Shown here piece by piece: positions 50,096 through 59,395 of a stretch of DNA of 64,000 bases (position 1 is the stretch's first letter; each line of letters opens with the position of its first letter). The notes under the pieces are model-generated. The model had not been told where the DNA came from. It made no database searches and worked only from the letters and a program-made list of their open reading frames with translations. The position numbers were made by a program, and so were the translations under genes. Origin of the DNA: Candidatus Kaiserbacteria bacterium (GTDB taxonomy: Bacteria > Patescibacteriota > Minisyncoccia > Phycocordibacterales > UBA918); contig JANPCG010000013.1 in NCBI GenBank assembly GCA_031430855.1, forward strand, positions 99,781 to 163,780, given 5' to 3'.

Positions 50096-50542
50096 ATGAA
50101 AAAAATACTTTATTATGTCCCTACATTATTTAGTGGAAGAATGCACCGTTTAAATCTTCTTAAGAATTGGCTGTTTATGATAGTTGGTTTTGTGGTATTT
50201 GTCTTATCTTTAGGTGAGTATCTTCCCGATGGGTCCTACTATGGAACTTTTGGAACACCAGATTTCTCATTTGCTACGGCCTTTTTCTTATTTTTATGTC
50301 AGACACTCTACATTTTTTGGATAATTTTGATGTTATCAATCCTGACTCGAAGGTGGCATGATATTGGCTATGGTGGGTGGGTATTGCTTATTCTTGTACC
50401 AATGAGCTTCGTCCCTTTAGTATTTTTATTTGTCCTTTTCTTGCGGGGAGATGAGAAAGTGAACCGTTACGGTGAATCTCCATCGGAGAGTTGGTCTTTA
50501 GAGGATTTTGTTAGATTAAAATACTTTAAAAACGTAAGTTAA
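50096..50542 (+). CDS. DUF805-like membrane protein
   Basis: FSGR..R, RRWHDIG..GW, G....NRYG motifs. Confidence 0.85.
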   Translation: MKKILYYVPTLFSGRMHRLNLLKNWLFMIVGFVVFVLSLGEYLPDGSYYGTFGTPDFSFATAFFLFLCQTLYIFWIILMLSILTRRWHDIGYGGWVLLILVPMSFVPLVFLFVLFLRGDEKVNRYGESPSESWSLEDFVRLKYFKNVS

Positions 50543-50687
50543 ATTGAAGTGATTTAAACTTGAATAACTTGTCTTCTAAAATTAAATCCTAGGGTACCTC
50601 TAGATATCCACCCAAAGCCCACTATTTGAGACGAAAAATTGTTTCGGATCCTAGACCCGTTGTATATTGAAGTGATAAGATAATACA

Positions 50688-51734
50688 ATGCAAGAATCTA
50701 TTTCTCGGAGGGTACAATTAGCTATTCAAGATAACGTGTTCCCTGGGTGTGTCGTTGGTGTCGTACATAAAAACAGAGAAAGACTAATCTTGCCATATGG
50801 TACTTTTACCTATGACGCTCTTTCTCCAAGGGTACAAGAGGATTCTTTATACGACACTGCTTCATTAACAAAGTCTATACCAACAGCCAGTCTCGCATTA
50901 ATGCTGATTGATCAGGGTAAGTTACATATCCAAGATAAGCTCATTGATTATGTTCCTGAATTTAATAATGGAGATAGAGAGGCTGTTCTGATAAAACATT
51001 TATTAACCTACACTCTCGACGGGTATGGTTTAGCTTCACAAAAACAAAAGACAGCAGACGAGTTATTACATACCATTCTCACCCAGGATTTTGAAAAGCG
51101 ACCGGGTACTGTTTTTAAATACACCAATATACCAGCGGCCTTGCTTGGATTAGTAATCGAAAAAATTATGGGAAGTACGCTCGATGCGTTGGCTGACGAA
51201 TATTTTTTTACACCGCTCAAAATGAGCCGAACGACTTTCTACCCAGAAAATTTTCCGCTCGAAGAGGTTGTACCAACCGAGATTGATGACTGGAGAGGTT
51301 TGGTGCAAGGAATCGTTCATGATGAGAGCGCGTATATTTTTAAGAAGAAAGGCAGGATTATGGGTCATGCTGGGGTGTTTTCAACTGCCGGTGATATTCT
51401 AAATTTCTTAGAAATGCTACTGAATGAAGGAACTTTCGGTGACCGAACGTACTTTTCAAGAGAGATAGTAAAACTGATGGGCACCAATCAGATTGCTGAG
51501 CTGAATGATTTTACTGGCCTTGGTTGGGAATTGAACCAGCCAAGATTCCTAGGAAAAAACGGTACTGAACACACCTTTGCAAAAACTGGCTTTACTGGAA
51601 CTCTTTGTGTTTGTGACGTGGAAAAAGAAGTTGCGTATGTAATCTTGTCGAACCGAATTTATCCAAAGCGCCCAATAGATTCAGTAGCGATTAACTCTTT
51701 ACGGGCTGATTTGGGTGAAATCATACTAAAATAG
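50688..51734 (+). CDS. Serine hydrolase, class C beta-lactamase-like
   Basis: ASLTK, YTN, VHDE.A, GHAGVFS, KTGFTG motifs. Confidence 0.9.
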   Translation: MQESISRRVQLAIQDNVFPGCVVGVVHKNRERLILPYGTFTYDALSPRVQEDSLYDTASLTKSIPTASLALMLIDQGKLHIQDKLIDYVPEFNNGDREAVLIKHLLTYTLDGYGLASQKQKTADELLHTILTQDFEKRPGTVFKYTNIPAALLGLVIEKIMGSTLDALADEYFFTPLKMSRTTFYPENFPLEEVVPTEIDDWRGLVQGIVHDESAYIFKKKGRIMGHAGVFSTAGDILNFLEMLLNEGTFGDRTYFSREIVKLMGTNQIAELNDFTGLGWELNQPRFLGKNGTEHTFAKTGFTGTLCVCDVEKEVAYVILSNRIYPKRPIDSVAINSLRADLGEIILK

Positions 51735-51809
51735 TTAGTTCTGTACAGATAAACTGGTAAGTCCTGGGTGCCGTTTTGGAAAAATGGGTTATGTGACCAA
51801 GATTCTTTC

Positions 51810-51834
51810 TTCGCCTAGGACTCTCCTAGGCAAA
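51810..51834. repeat. REP-like palindrome, copy 4
   Basis: ttcgcctaggactctcctaggcaaa. Confidence 0.75.
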
Positions 51835-51934
51835 GCTTCCAGCAATTCTCGCTTCTCAGTCATTGGTCTGTCTCGCTGTATGTGTTTAATGTAGCCGTTT
51901 GGGGATCGGTTCTATCAGACTCTTCTTTTTGACT

Positions 51935-52513
51935 CTACTCTGCTGTGAATAAGTAGCGATTACAGTTGTTGTTCTTGTAGCTCGGTGGGTAGTCTTCTTC
52001 GTCAAAGGCTGCTCCTAAAATTCGTTCAGTTCCACTCCATCCGATTGTTGGGTATATAGGTTCAATGTAAGATCTTACTGTATGTAATGTGTAGCTACTA
52101 AGTACTTCGTTTAATTTATTTAGGTGGGGGTTGGCTATAGCAAATGCGATAAGTTCAGATAGAGTTAATGGGCGATATCCGATTCTCGTCATGTTAGCCA
52201 ACATCTTATTACGACCATCGAGATTAGTTGCTCCGATGTTTAGTATGTAAACCCAAAAAGATGAAGATGTCGGAGCTGTCCAAGGAATTTCCCTCAGTAC
52301 CCCCTCTGTGAAGCTTGCCGAACCCTGGTCTGCATCTTTAAATAAATTTACTGCTGATTCATATGTCTCTAGTAAATTTAGGTTTTTATCATTTATTTTA
52401 ATATTAACTACCCCTCCATCTATTGAAACATCTAGTCTGATTGGAATATCCGCATTTTCGCATTTTTTAATAAAATCAATAATTTGCGGTAGTTTGGTGT
52501 TAATTTTTTGCAT
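51935..52513 (-). CDS. Hypothetical protein, possible C-type-lectin-like C-terminus
   Basis: 192 aa; GYRPLTLSEL...R.L...RYLF pattern. Confidence 0.55.
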   Translation of the reverse strand: MQKINTKLPQIIDFIKKCENADIPIRLDVSIDGGVVNIKINDKNLNLLETYESAVNLFKDADQGSASFTEGVLREIPWTAPTSSSFWVYILNIGATNLDGRNKMLANMTRIGYRPLTLSELIAFAIANPHLNKLNEVLSSYTLHTVRSYIEPIYPTIGWSGTERILGAAFDEEDYPPSYKNNNCNRYLFTAE

Positions 52514-53034
52514 ACATTTTTGATGGTTTAAATGGTGTCACAATCATAAGATGAAATTAGATATCCAAACCCCAACTTGGTTAAATTATGTGTTACGAAG
52601 AGATATAAAGCAATCTAAGTAATGTAACCATCTAGACTTTCTTTAAGTCAACTTGCAAATAGAGGCATAACTTGCCAGTATTTAAGTGTGCTTCAAAAGG
52701 TTGTATACAAAGAATCTTAGGTTGGGTTAGTAATTAGTGTGATGCTAATTAGTTGCCTTAGAAAAAGCTAAGACAAGGTTTGGTTTATTTGCATCAACGT
52801 GTGGGACTGATATTTTGTACCACAGGCTTTGTCTAAGAGAGCTGTAGGTAAAGCCTGTGGTACGTAGTGCCGCAAATGTTCATCGATGCGTATTGCAATT
52901 TGTGGTTCCAAAGCGAAATAGTTTTTTATGCTGATAAAAATAATGAAAAACTAGATGTAGCTGCAACTGATATACTGCTACCTACGTACGGTAAATATAG
53001 TGAATACAACGTTAGAAATTAATTATATAAACAA

Positions 53035-53229
53035 ATGACTAAACAGCTGCAATTACGCTGGATGTTTAATAGTGAAAAATATGACTTTGTAACAGAGTTA
53101 CAAAAGGCAACAAAACGCCAGTTCTTAGGTACGGCTGATATGCAAAAAGCTTTATTGTGTACTGAAGAAGATGTTTTTTTTGTATGCAAAAGAGCATCAA
53201 ATGGTAAAGAAATTAATTGGTACGTATAA
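53035..53229 (+). CDS. Small hypothetical protein
   Basis: 64 aa ATG ORF. Confidence 0.4.
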   Translation: MTKQLQLRWMFNSEKYDFVTELQKATKRQFLGTADMQKALLCTEEDVFFVCKRASNGKEINWYV

Positions 53230-53446
53230 TCCTAAATTTCATGAAGAAACAACTGATGGAGATTATATCTTGCATGAAAATGATGTTTATAATTTATATA
53301 CAAAAGAGCGCGGAAACAAAACCTTTATCATGGGTTTTCATTCAGAGGAAGCGGCTAAGAAGTGGGTGTTGTCAAATGATGACCATTCTGATGAAGCGCT
53401 ACGTAACTATATCAGAAGCCAATTTAATTTTTACATCAAAAAGTAA
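53171..53446 (+). CDS. Small hypothetical protein; start may be ATG 53201
   Basis: ORF overlapping the previous gene. Confidence 0.45.
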   Translation: MFFLYAKEHQMVKKLIGTYNPKFHEETTDGDYILHENDVYNLYTKERGNKTFIMGFHSEEAAKKWVLSNDDHSDEALRNYIRSQFNFYIKK

Positions 53447-53693
53447 ACCTGAAAGAAATCCTAGGGTATCCATAGGAACTCACGAGTCTATTTTTATTGA
53501 TACAGAAACGTTTGTAGCAATCCAAATATCTTTATGATCATGGTGAGTCTGTCGTCAAATTCTTGCAGACCTAGAATGGCCAACTTCCTTAGGTCGCTGC
53601 CTTTACTTTCTCGCTATTTTTAGTAGTCTGGGCAATAGATTGGCGGTGTATACCGCTGAATGTATAACAGTCACATATCAAACGGAGAACGTG

Positions 53694-54665
53694 ATGAGTA
53701 AAAAACAGCTCCCACCACCTCCGGGATTTCGGAGGCAAAAGAAGACGTTTGGCGCGGGAACGATACGCTATGTGTACCCATTTTCCGATACCGAACCGGG
53801 GAAAGAGGCCTCTTCAATCCACGAAGCCTATCTGAGTGAATATCAAGAGATGTGGCAGCGTTCGAAGCTGCGGCGCCTCGCCATCAAGCGCGGTAAAGAA
53901 GCGCTCGGTGAAGAAGGGCTATATCTTGTGACGCTGCCTGAAATGGATAAGGAGGCTTTGCGTCAGGTGTACGCTAAGCGTCAGCACGAGGCGTTTCAGA
54001 TTGGCATCAATCTGCTGAGTTATGACTATCCAATCTTCATGCGCCGTAACCCGCTTGATCTCGTGTTTGAACACCTGCGGAACAACCCACGATACTACCT
54101 TAAGCTCGATCTGAAGGGTGCATTTGAGTCAGTCTATCCAGGCTTCCATCCGCGGTTTCCAGTGGTAACCAAGGAGGAGGGTGGGGAAGAAAGTGTGTGG
54201 ACCGGATGGCCCTTTTTCCATCCGGGAACACATGGCTTGATTCAAGGAGCGCCGGCGTCGCCGTTAATCTTTGAGCAAGCCTGTAAGGCGGTTGGTCTTG
54301 ATCAGCTCATTCGTGAGTCTGCCCTGGCCGCCGGGGCGACGGTGACTCGGTACGTTGACGATATTGTCTTCTCACGGCGTGAGCCGTTTGGAGACAGGTT
54401 CTGCCAGACTCTTCGCAGTCGGATCGAGGGTTTAGGATTCGTCTTGAATGTAGAGAAAAGCCGGCAGTTCGATACGCGATGGCACGCCATCGAGTTTCTC
54501 GGGGTGCGACTCTTTCGGAATCGCATTACGCTACGACCGTCTTTCTTTGATCGTCTCAAGGAAAAAGGTATCGTTACGGATGGACACCTGTCATGGATTG
54601 ATCAGGTTAACCAGCTGAAGGGTATGTTGGACCTACGGCGCAAAAAAGTCTGGCGCTACCAGTAA
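53694..54665 (+). CDS. Compact reverse transcriptase (323 aa from ATG 53694), retron-like core
   Basis: LKLDLKGAFESV, GLIQGAPASP, TRYVDDIVFS, GFVLNVEKS, EFLG; GGAGA SD upstream. Confidence 0.92.
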   Translation: MSKKQLPPPPGFRRQKKTFGAGTIRYVYPFSDTEPGKEASSIHEAYLSEYQEMWQRSKLRRLAIKRGKEALGEEGLYLVTLPEMDKEALRQVYAKRQHEAFQIGINLLSYDYPIFMRRNPLDLVFEHLRNNPRYYLKLDLKGAFESVYPGFHPRFPVVTKEEGGEESVWTGWPFFHPGTHGLIQGAPASPLIFEQACKAVGLDQLIRESALAAGATVTRYVDDIVFSRREPFGDRFCQTLRSRIEGLGFVLNVEKSRQFDTRWHAIEFLGVRLFRNRITLRPSFFDRLKEKGIVTDGHLSWIDQVNQLKGMLDLRRKKVWRYQ

Positions 54666-54695
54666 CGGTTTGACCATTTGAACCGTTACTGGTAG
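54656..54695. repeat. Perfect 15-bp hairpin overlapping the RT stop codon
   Basis: ctaccagtaacggtt / aaccgttactggtag. Confidence 0.9.
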
Positions 54696-54702
54696 TGTTC
54701 CG

Positions 54703-55023
54703 GCAGGGAGGTTCGGGACGGGATCTTTTACTGCAAACTACCATTTTGGCTGTAAGCGAAGCTTACAGTTGCCCCAATGACCGAAGGGGTGCGTATGTTT
54801 GGTCGGAGACGTCGGTTTGATTGGGATATATCAGACGACTGCCTCGCTCACCTTCCTGGCCCATGCTTGGGTAACGCTGGAAAGTGAATAACGACGCCTC
54901 GTCACGGACGCTCACTCCGTTCCGTCCGAGGCAGATCCCGCGCTTGGTTCCATTTCGGGGTTCCCGATGCTCTGAACCGAGACGATGGGCTGCTGCTACC
55001 TGTCCCACGAAGAACCTCCCCGC
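54703..55023 (+). ncRNA. Putative RT-associated structured ncRNA, about 320 nt
   Basis: Closing stem 54703-54714/55012-55023 enclosing at least seven internal helices; wobbles read as G-U on + strand. Confidence 0.7.
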
Positions 55024-55048
55024 AGTCCGCTGTTCCTTTGAAGAAATT

Positions 55049-55081
55049 TGCGCCCCTACCTAGTACGGGGGGCATTTTTTT
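55049..55081 (+). terminator. Intrinsic terminator closing the RT-ncRNA unit
   Basis: GC-rich stem (gcgcccc...ggggggc) followed by a T-run. Confidence 0.65.
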
Positions 55082-55117
55082 ATATAAAAAAGCTCTCATT
55101 AAAAATTTAAACAAACT

Positions 55118-55986
55118 AATAAAAAACCAGAGCCGTGAGGCTCTGGGTAATCTTTATGGGTGTTATTCAGACCAGCTTCAGGGCAGATAGATTTTCTCCG
55201 AATGCTGCCGGAGTGCGCGGAACACCGCTTGGTTCAAGTCTGGCCTGATGTAGCCATAGAAACCGGTGAGGGTCTGCATGTGCTCTGGCAGCCCCTTGGC
55301 ATCTCCAGTCACCATCAGCGCCAAGACATCCGTGCCAAATTCGGAAGTGCGTCTTGGGTGTTTGTCCAAGAACATACGCGCATGCGCAAGTTCATGGGCA
55401 ATCACGTGGATGAGCCGATAGCGGGGGGTCTGGATGACGGCTGTTTTGCTCTCCACAAACAACAAGGTGCCGCTCAGGGGGTGGTTGTTTCTGGTAAAGT
55501 CCATCTCCATTGCTGCTACCGCCGCGGGAGACAACCCCTTGGCGTTATATCTGACGCGGGTGCAAAAGTTTGAGGGAAGCGCGAACGTTTCCATCAGGCT
55601 ACACACTGCACTCGCCAGATCACCGTCGTCCAGCTGTTTTATTTAAGTAGCTGTAGGCGGTCAGAAAAGAACGGCGGAGGTGGGCATATGAAACGCACAC
55701 CTCGCGCACAATGGTTTCAACATCAGCTCTCTTGATGATGAATTTGTCGTCGACAGTATACGCCATTTGTCTTCCTCCTATTTTTTAAAATAATATCATA
55801 TTATTCATAAATGTCAAGCATTAATAGCACGATTAGTGCGTGTTCTAAGAATCATTCTTCCTAAAATATTTAAAGGTGTCGGCTAAGGTAGGGGGGAGAA
55901 ATCGGTAAACTTAAATAAAAAACCAGAGCCGTGAGGCTCTGGGTAATCTTTATGGGTGTTATTCAGACCAGCTTCAGGGCAGATAG
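55118..55986. repeat. 73-bp exact direct repeat (55118-55190, 55914-55986) containing gene 3' ends and a minus-strand terminator
   Basis: aataaaaaaccagagccgtgaggctctgg...cagggcagatag present twice. Confidence 0.93.
55178..55766 (-). pseudogene. HExxH metallopeptidase-like gene split by a +1 frameshift near 55640
   Basis: AGGAGGA SD and ATG 55766 (MAYTVDDK...) joins the IAHELAH ORF if one A of aaataaaacag is removed. Confidence 0.6.
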
Positions 55987-57036
55987 TGAGCGTCTGCCCA
56001 GGTCTTTGACTTGGCGCAAGCGTAGCGCCAGACGTCGGTCGACCATTCGTGGGTGAGACATCAGCCACTCTGAAGTGCGGCGATATAGCTTCCGCTTTTC
56101 TTCAGTGTTGTAGATATTTTTGAAGAACTTATCGAGGGCCGACGAGAGGTCGTCTGCATACTCGGGGCCGGCGAGGTCAATCGCCACCGCGTCCGCCCGG
56201 TACTCGGTCGCCCGAGAGTAAGCGTGTGAAGCAAGAACCGAGAGTATGGTTCCCACAAGCGAGGTGGTGAACGCGAACACAATCGGCGCCGTGATGTCGA
56301 TTGATAGCTGGAGTCCGTAGAGGAGTAGTCCAGCCACGACACCAGCGATGATGGCGTCTTCGGTGCGTGACAAGAAGGCGTAGCAGATGATTGTCATGAG
56401 GACGAAGTTCCCGACAAACCACGGGAACAAATGGAAGAACGTTAGGACCAGTGCGACCAGCATCACCATAAACTGCACCACCGCCAAGAGACGCAGTCCA
56501 CCGAGCACGAGGTGTTTGATGAGACTTGTCTGTGTATCCATCAAAGCCACGTGACCCACCTCATGAGCCAGGACGGCACGAATTTCATCACGCGTGAATC
56601 GTTCGTATCCGCCCTGCCAGTAGATTTTGCTTCCAGAGAGGAAACTTGTCGACGTGGCGGCACGTGGTCGGTTGCCTGGCTCATAGATTAAGAGTGGTGT
56701 TGGAATGCCCGCCTTTTGGGCGAGTTCTGCGAGCATCTGTTCCATGAACGCAGGCGGATCTACCTTGTGGCCACGAAGATTTTGGTAGTGGCCGACCTCG
56801 AAGGCAATCAAGGTCCCGATTGCCGTGAACAGGTAGATTTCAATCCAGCTGTCAACGGTGAAGCGCAAAACCGTGCTGGAAACGTGAGCCCAGTGATTTT
56901 CGATCCACAGTTGGGCCAGGTGTGGTGTTGCGACCGCAATTGAAATGCTGAGCAGAAACCAGCACGATGCTTGGATGCGCCAGCGACGGTCGGTCGCCAC
57001 ATCGTGGTGAGGCAGATTTTTTCGACGAACAAACAT
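55963..57036 (-). CDS. M48/HtpX-like membrane zinc metalloprotease
   Basis: EIRAVLAHEVGH, SRATEYRAD, SHP...R motifs; multiple TMs; GGGAGG SD. Confidence 0.88.
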   Translation of the reverse strand: MFVRRKNLPHHDVATDRRWRIQASCWFLLSISIAVATPHLAQLWIENHWAHVSSTVLRFTVDSWIEIYLFTAIGTLIAFEVGHYQNLRGHKVDPPAFMEQMLAELAQKAGIPTPLLIYEPGNRPRAATSTSFLSGSKIYWQGGYERFTRDEIRAVLAHEVGHVALMDTQTSLIKHLVLGGLRLLAVVQFMVMLVALVLTFFHLFPWFVGNFVLMTIICYAFLSRTEDAIIAGVVAGLLLYGLQLSIDITAPIVFAFTTSLVGTILSVLASHAYSRATEYRADAVAIDLAGPEYADDLSSALDKFFKNIYNTEEKRKLYRRTSEWLMSHPRMVDRRLALRLRQVKDLGRRSLSALKLV

Positions 57037-57187
57037 GATTCCCTCCCGAGGGTTGATTTTTCTGTGTAGTGTAATACCACAAAATGTATAACTTGTCGAA
57101 CTTCCGGAAGACCAAACTTTGGAAAAAGTGACAAAGAAAAAGGCTGTGCGGGTATGACCGCACAGCCAAGTTGATACCCATTCTACG

Positions 57188-57421
57188 TTAGAGTGGGCTG
57201 ATGTCGCGATAAATGTGCTCGCAGCTCGCGCAGTAGCCATCGCTGCAGTTACAGCGCCTGGCCTTGGCCAACATGCGCCGTAGGCTCACTTCCGTGATCT
57301 CGACATTTTCGGGGTGAGCGACCTGACCCCCGGTCAAGAGTTTGCGCGCAAACTCTTTGATTTTTTGTCCCAGTGGAATACTGGTCTGCGGGGCGGTTTT
57401 TGTGCTCGAAAGGACAGTCAT
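57188..57421 (-). CDS. Small Cys-rich hypothetical protein
   Basis: 77 aa; CNC...YCASC motif; purine-rich SD-like sequence. Confidence 0.45.
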   Translation of the reverse strand: MTVLSSTKTAPQTSIPLGQKIKEFARKLLTGGQVAHPENVEITEVSLRRMLAKARRCNCSDGYCASCEHIYRDISPL

Positions 57422-57577
57422 GTATCTTCTTCTCCGTTAAAGGAGCGATGATAATACGTGTCTGTGCATACCGTGTCAATTCTTTGTTCTGTATAAGTTG
57501 ATTATTGAGTGCACTGCGTCAAAAAAGTGGGTAAGAGTCGTTACGGTGTGTCGTCTTATGAGCATAAACTAAAAAAT

Positions 57578-57874
57578 ATGAAATACATTTTGACCATTAC
57601 TGCTGCATTTATTGTTCTCCTCGTTTTGTTTTTGGCATTCGCTTCGGAACGCACGCAGACGCAAACGGATGTCTCTTCGCCGATTGAACCTACGCCGGCT
57701 CCTATGACAGGGAAGTTAGATCCAAAAGTGGTGTGTGAAAGTGCGCTCATGTACACGACATTTACTGATGGTGCGGCAGCTGATGCCTTTGTGGCAGACT
57801 GTGTCGCTGGGAAACATCCTGAAGTGTTTGAGAGATATATATCTGACCTGAATCTTAATGGTGCAACGATATAG
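57578..57874 (+). CDS. Small single-TM exported protein
   Basis: N-terminal TM and a Cys pair. Confidence 0.65.
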   Translation: MKYILTITAAFIVLLVLFLAFASERTQTQTDVSSPIEPTPAPMTGKLDPKVVCESALMYTTFTDGAAADAFVADCVAGKHPEVFERYISDLNLNGATI

Positions 57875-58026
57875 AATCTACTCACTTTGAGGGGTGTAGC
57901 TTTCTTGTGCTAATTGCTCGACAGATATTTTTTATGTTGTAGTATTCACCACGGATGTAACACGGATTACAACTCCCGACCTCGGGAAGAGGGAAATCCT
58001 CAGCTATCAGCTGGAAAGGAAGACAT

Positions 58027-58557
58027 ATGCGATATGCAGATACTACGTTTGGGAGTGCCGAGGCGGTCATGAACAAACTCGGCGGGCCAGAAGGGATTGA
58101 GCGGTTCCTAGCAGGGGACTCCGAAATCGTGATTCGTCGTCACGTCATCAATACCACCCTTCCACCACATTATGATGATGAGTCCTTTGCCGTGGCCAGA
58201 CACACGCCGCTTAGGCTAAACAAAGGACGGTTGCACTGGGATTTGACGCAGATCGGTGTCCTGCAGGTTGACCGCTCGGCGGTTGAAAACGGTATGAGTA
58301 TCGAAGACTATCTGAGGGAGGTCTCTGATGAATCTTTCCTGAATGCTCGCGTACGGGATTATCTCATGAAGTACCCCAGTCTCATCCCGGAAGCGTGGCA
58401 GGTTCATACGCTCTGCTTCGCGGGGACGATTTTTCGGGGTCGTCGCGGGAGGTATCTGCCCACGCTCCAGTTCTCCGTCGGCGAATGGTACGATATATAC
58501 GAGCCTATGGCCGAGAAGCTGAAAGCAGAAATGGTGGTAGTTGCAGCGCACAAGTAA
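58027..58557 (+). CDS. Hypothetical protein (NKLGG.EG..RFL type)
   Basis: AAAGGA SD; hairpin/T-run at about 58563-58590. Confidence 0.65.
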   Translation: MRYADTTFGSAEAVMNKLGGPEGIERFLAGDSEIVIRRHVINTTLPPHYDDESFAVARHTPLRLNKGRLHWDLTQIGVLQVDRSAVENGMSIEDYLREVSDESFLNARVRDYLMKYPSLIPEAWQVHTLCFAGTIFRGRRGRYLPTLQFSVGEWYDIYEPMAEKLKAEMVVVAAHK

Positions 58558-58664
58558 GAAGAAGGCGGCCGTCATCGTACGGCCGCTTTTGCATTGAGGG
58601 GAGGGGCTTGCATTTAGATAGTGTATATTATACAATAACTAAATTACACCTAACCAACAATCCT

Positions 58665-59384
58665 ATGACACCTACAATTTCACGTCGGCAGCAATTATTG
58701 GGAACTCATGCACAGCACATTGAAAGCCTCCGGGTGGCAATGTTCATGCTGGCAGTTACTATATTTTATGAAATAGTTTCAGCTGAGCTCATTCCTGGAT
58801 TTCAGTTTAATTGGTTTGAGTTTATTGGGACCTGGAGTGGTCTCGTGACGGTGTGGCTCGCACGCACCGAAAACATCCTCAGTTGGCCGTGGGGAATTGT
58901 GAGTGCGGCAACGCTTGGCTACTTTTTTGCCTCAATTGGACTTGTGGGTCAGCAGTGGCTGAATTGGGGATACTTTCTCATTATTCAATTGTGGGCCTGG
59001 CCGCACTGGGCCTTTGGCGGGGTGGCAAAAGCACCACTTTCGGTCACGCTATTCCGTTCAGTTTGGGGCTGGGTCAGTACGATTGGCGTCATTGGGGTAG
59101 GTGCAGTCTTTGTCTATAGTTTGATTTCATTTATTTCACCGGCTTCTGAATATCCCGTGATTGACGCCATTGTGGTCGCGTCGAGTATCACCGCTCAGTT
59201 CCTCTTAGGACGGAAGAAGCTTGAGAGTTGGTTCTTGTGGCTGGGGCCAGTGAATGTGCTCTCGATTATTCTGTTTGCCCTCGCCGGCGCATACGTGGTG
59301 ATGGCACTCTATATCGCCTTCTTTATTCACGCCATTTTTGCGCTTCGCAGTTGGCACGCACAAACAGTCGGTACTCACTCATAA
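58665..59384 (+). CDS. pnuC: Nicotinamide riboside transporter PnuC
   Basis: E.IG...G...VWL, WPWG, AQFLL.RK.LESW..W motifs; multi-TM; adjacent to NadR-like gene. Confidence 0.88.
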   Translation: MTPTISRRQQLLGTHAQHIESLRVAMFMLAVTIFYEIVSAELIPGFQFNWFEFIGTWSGLVTVWLARTENILSWPWGIVSAATLGYFFASIGLVGQQWLNWGYFLIIQLWAWPHWAFGGVAKAPLSVTLFRSVWGWVSTIGVIGVGAVFVYSLISFISPASEYPVIDAIVVASSITAQFLLGRKKLESWFLWLGPVNVLSIILFALAGAYVVMALYIAFFIHAIFALRSWHAQTVGTHS

Positions 59385-59395
59385 TTACTACATAT

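Larger units (their letters stand above)
35196..53600. mobile_element. AT-rich genomic island downstream of tRNA-Gln; right boundary approximate; no integrase seen
   Basis: Abrupt compositional drop after the tRNA, accessory genes, gene fragments and palindromic repeats. Confidence 0.6.

Noticed and set aside
54703-55023. RNase P RNA, tmRNA or SRP RNA
   Set aside because: No GAGGAAAGUCC, no tRNA-like ends and no SRP loop consensus recognised on either strand; an Rfam scan is still needed
53694-55081. Group II intron or canonical retron
   Set aside because: No maturase/endonuclease region and no recognisable domain V; retron NAxxH and VTG motifs are absent and no msr-msd is evident directly upstream. 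A divergent retron is not excluded
54763-55114. Minus-strand ORFs of 81 and 70 aa over the putative ncRNA
   Set aside because: No SD or protein-like features; better explained as chance ORFs in GC-rich structured sequence
51935-58557. Diversity-generating retroelement around the RT
   Set aside because: The RT has QGAPASP rather than a DGR-type motif, no avd-like gene is evident, and I found no TR/VR pair differing at adenines; the 73-bp repeat is exact
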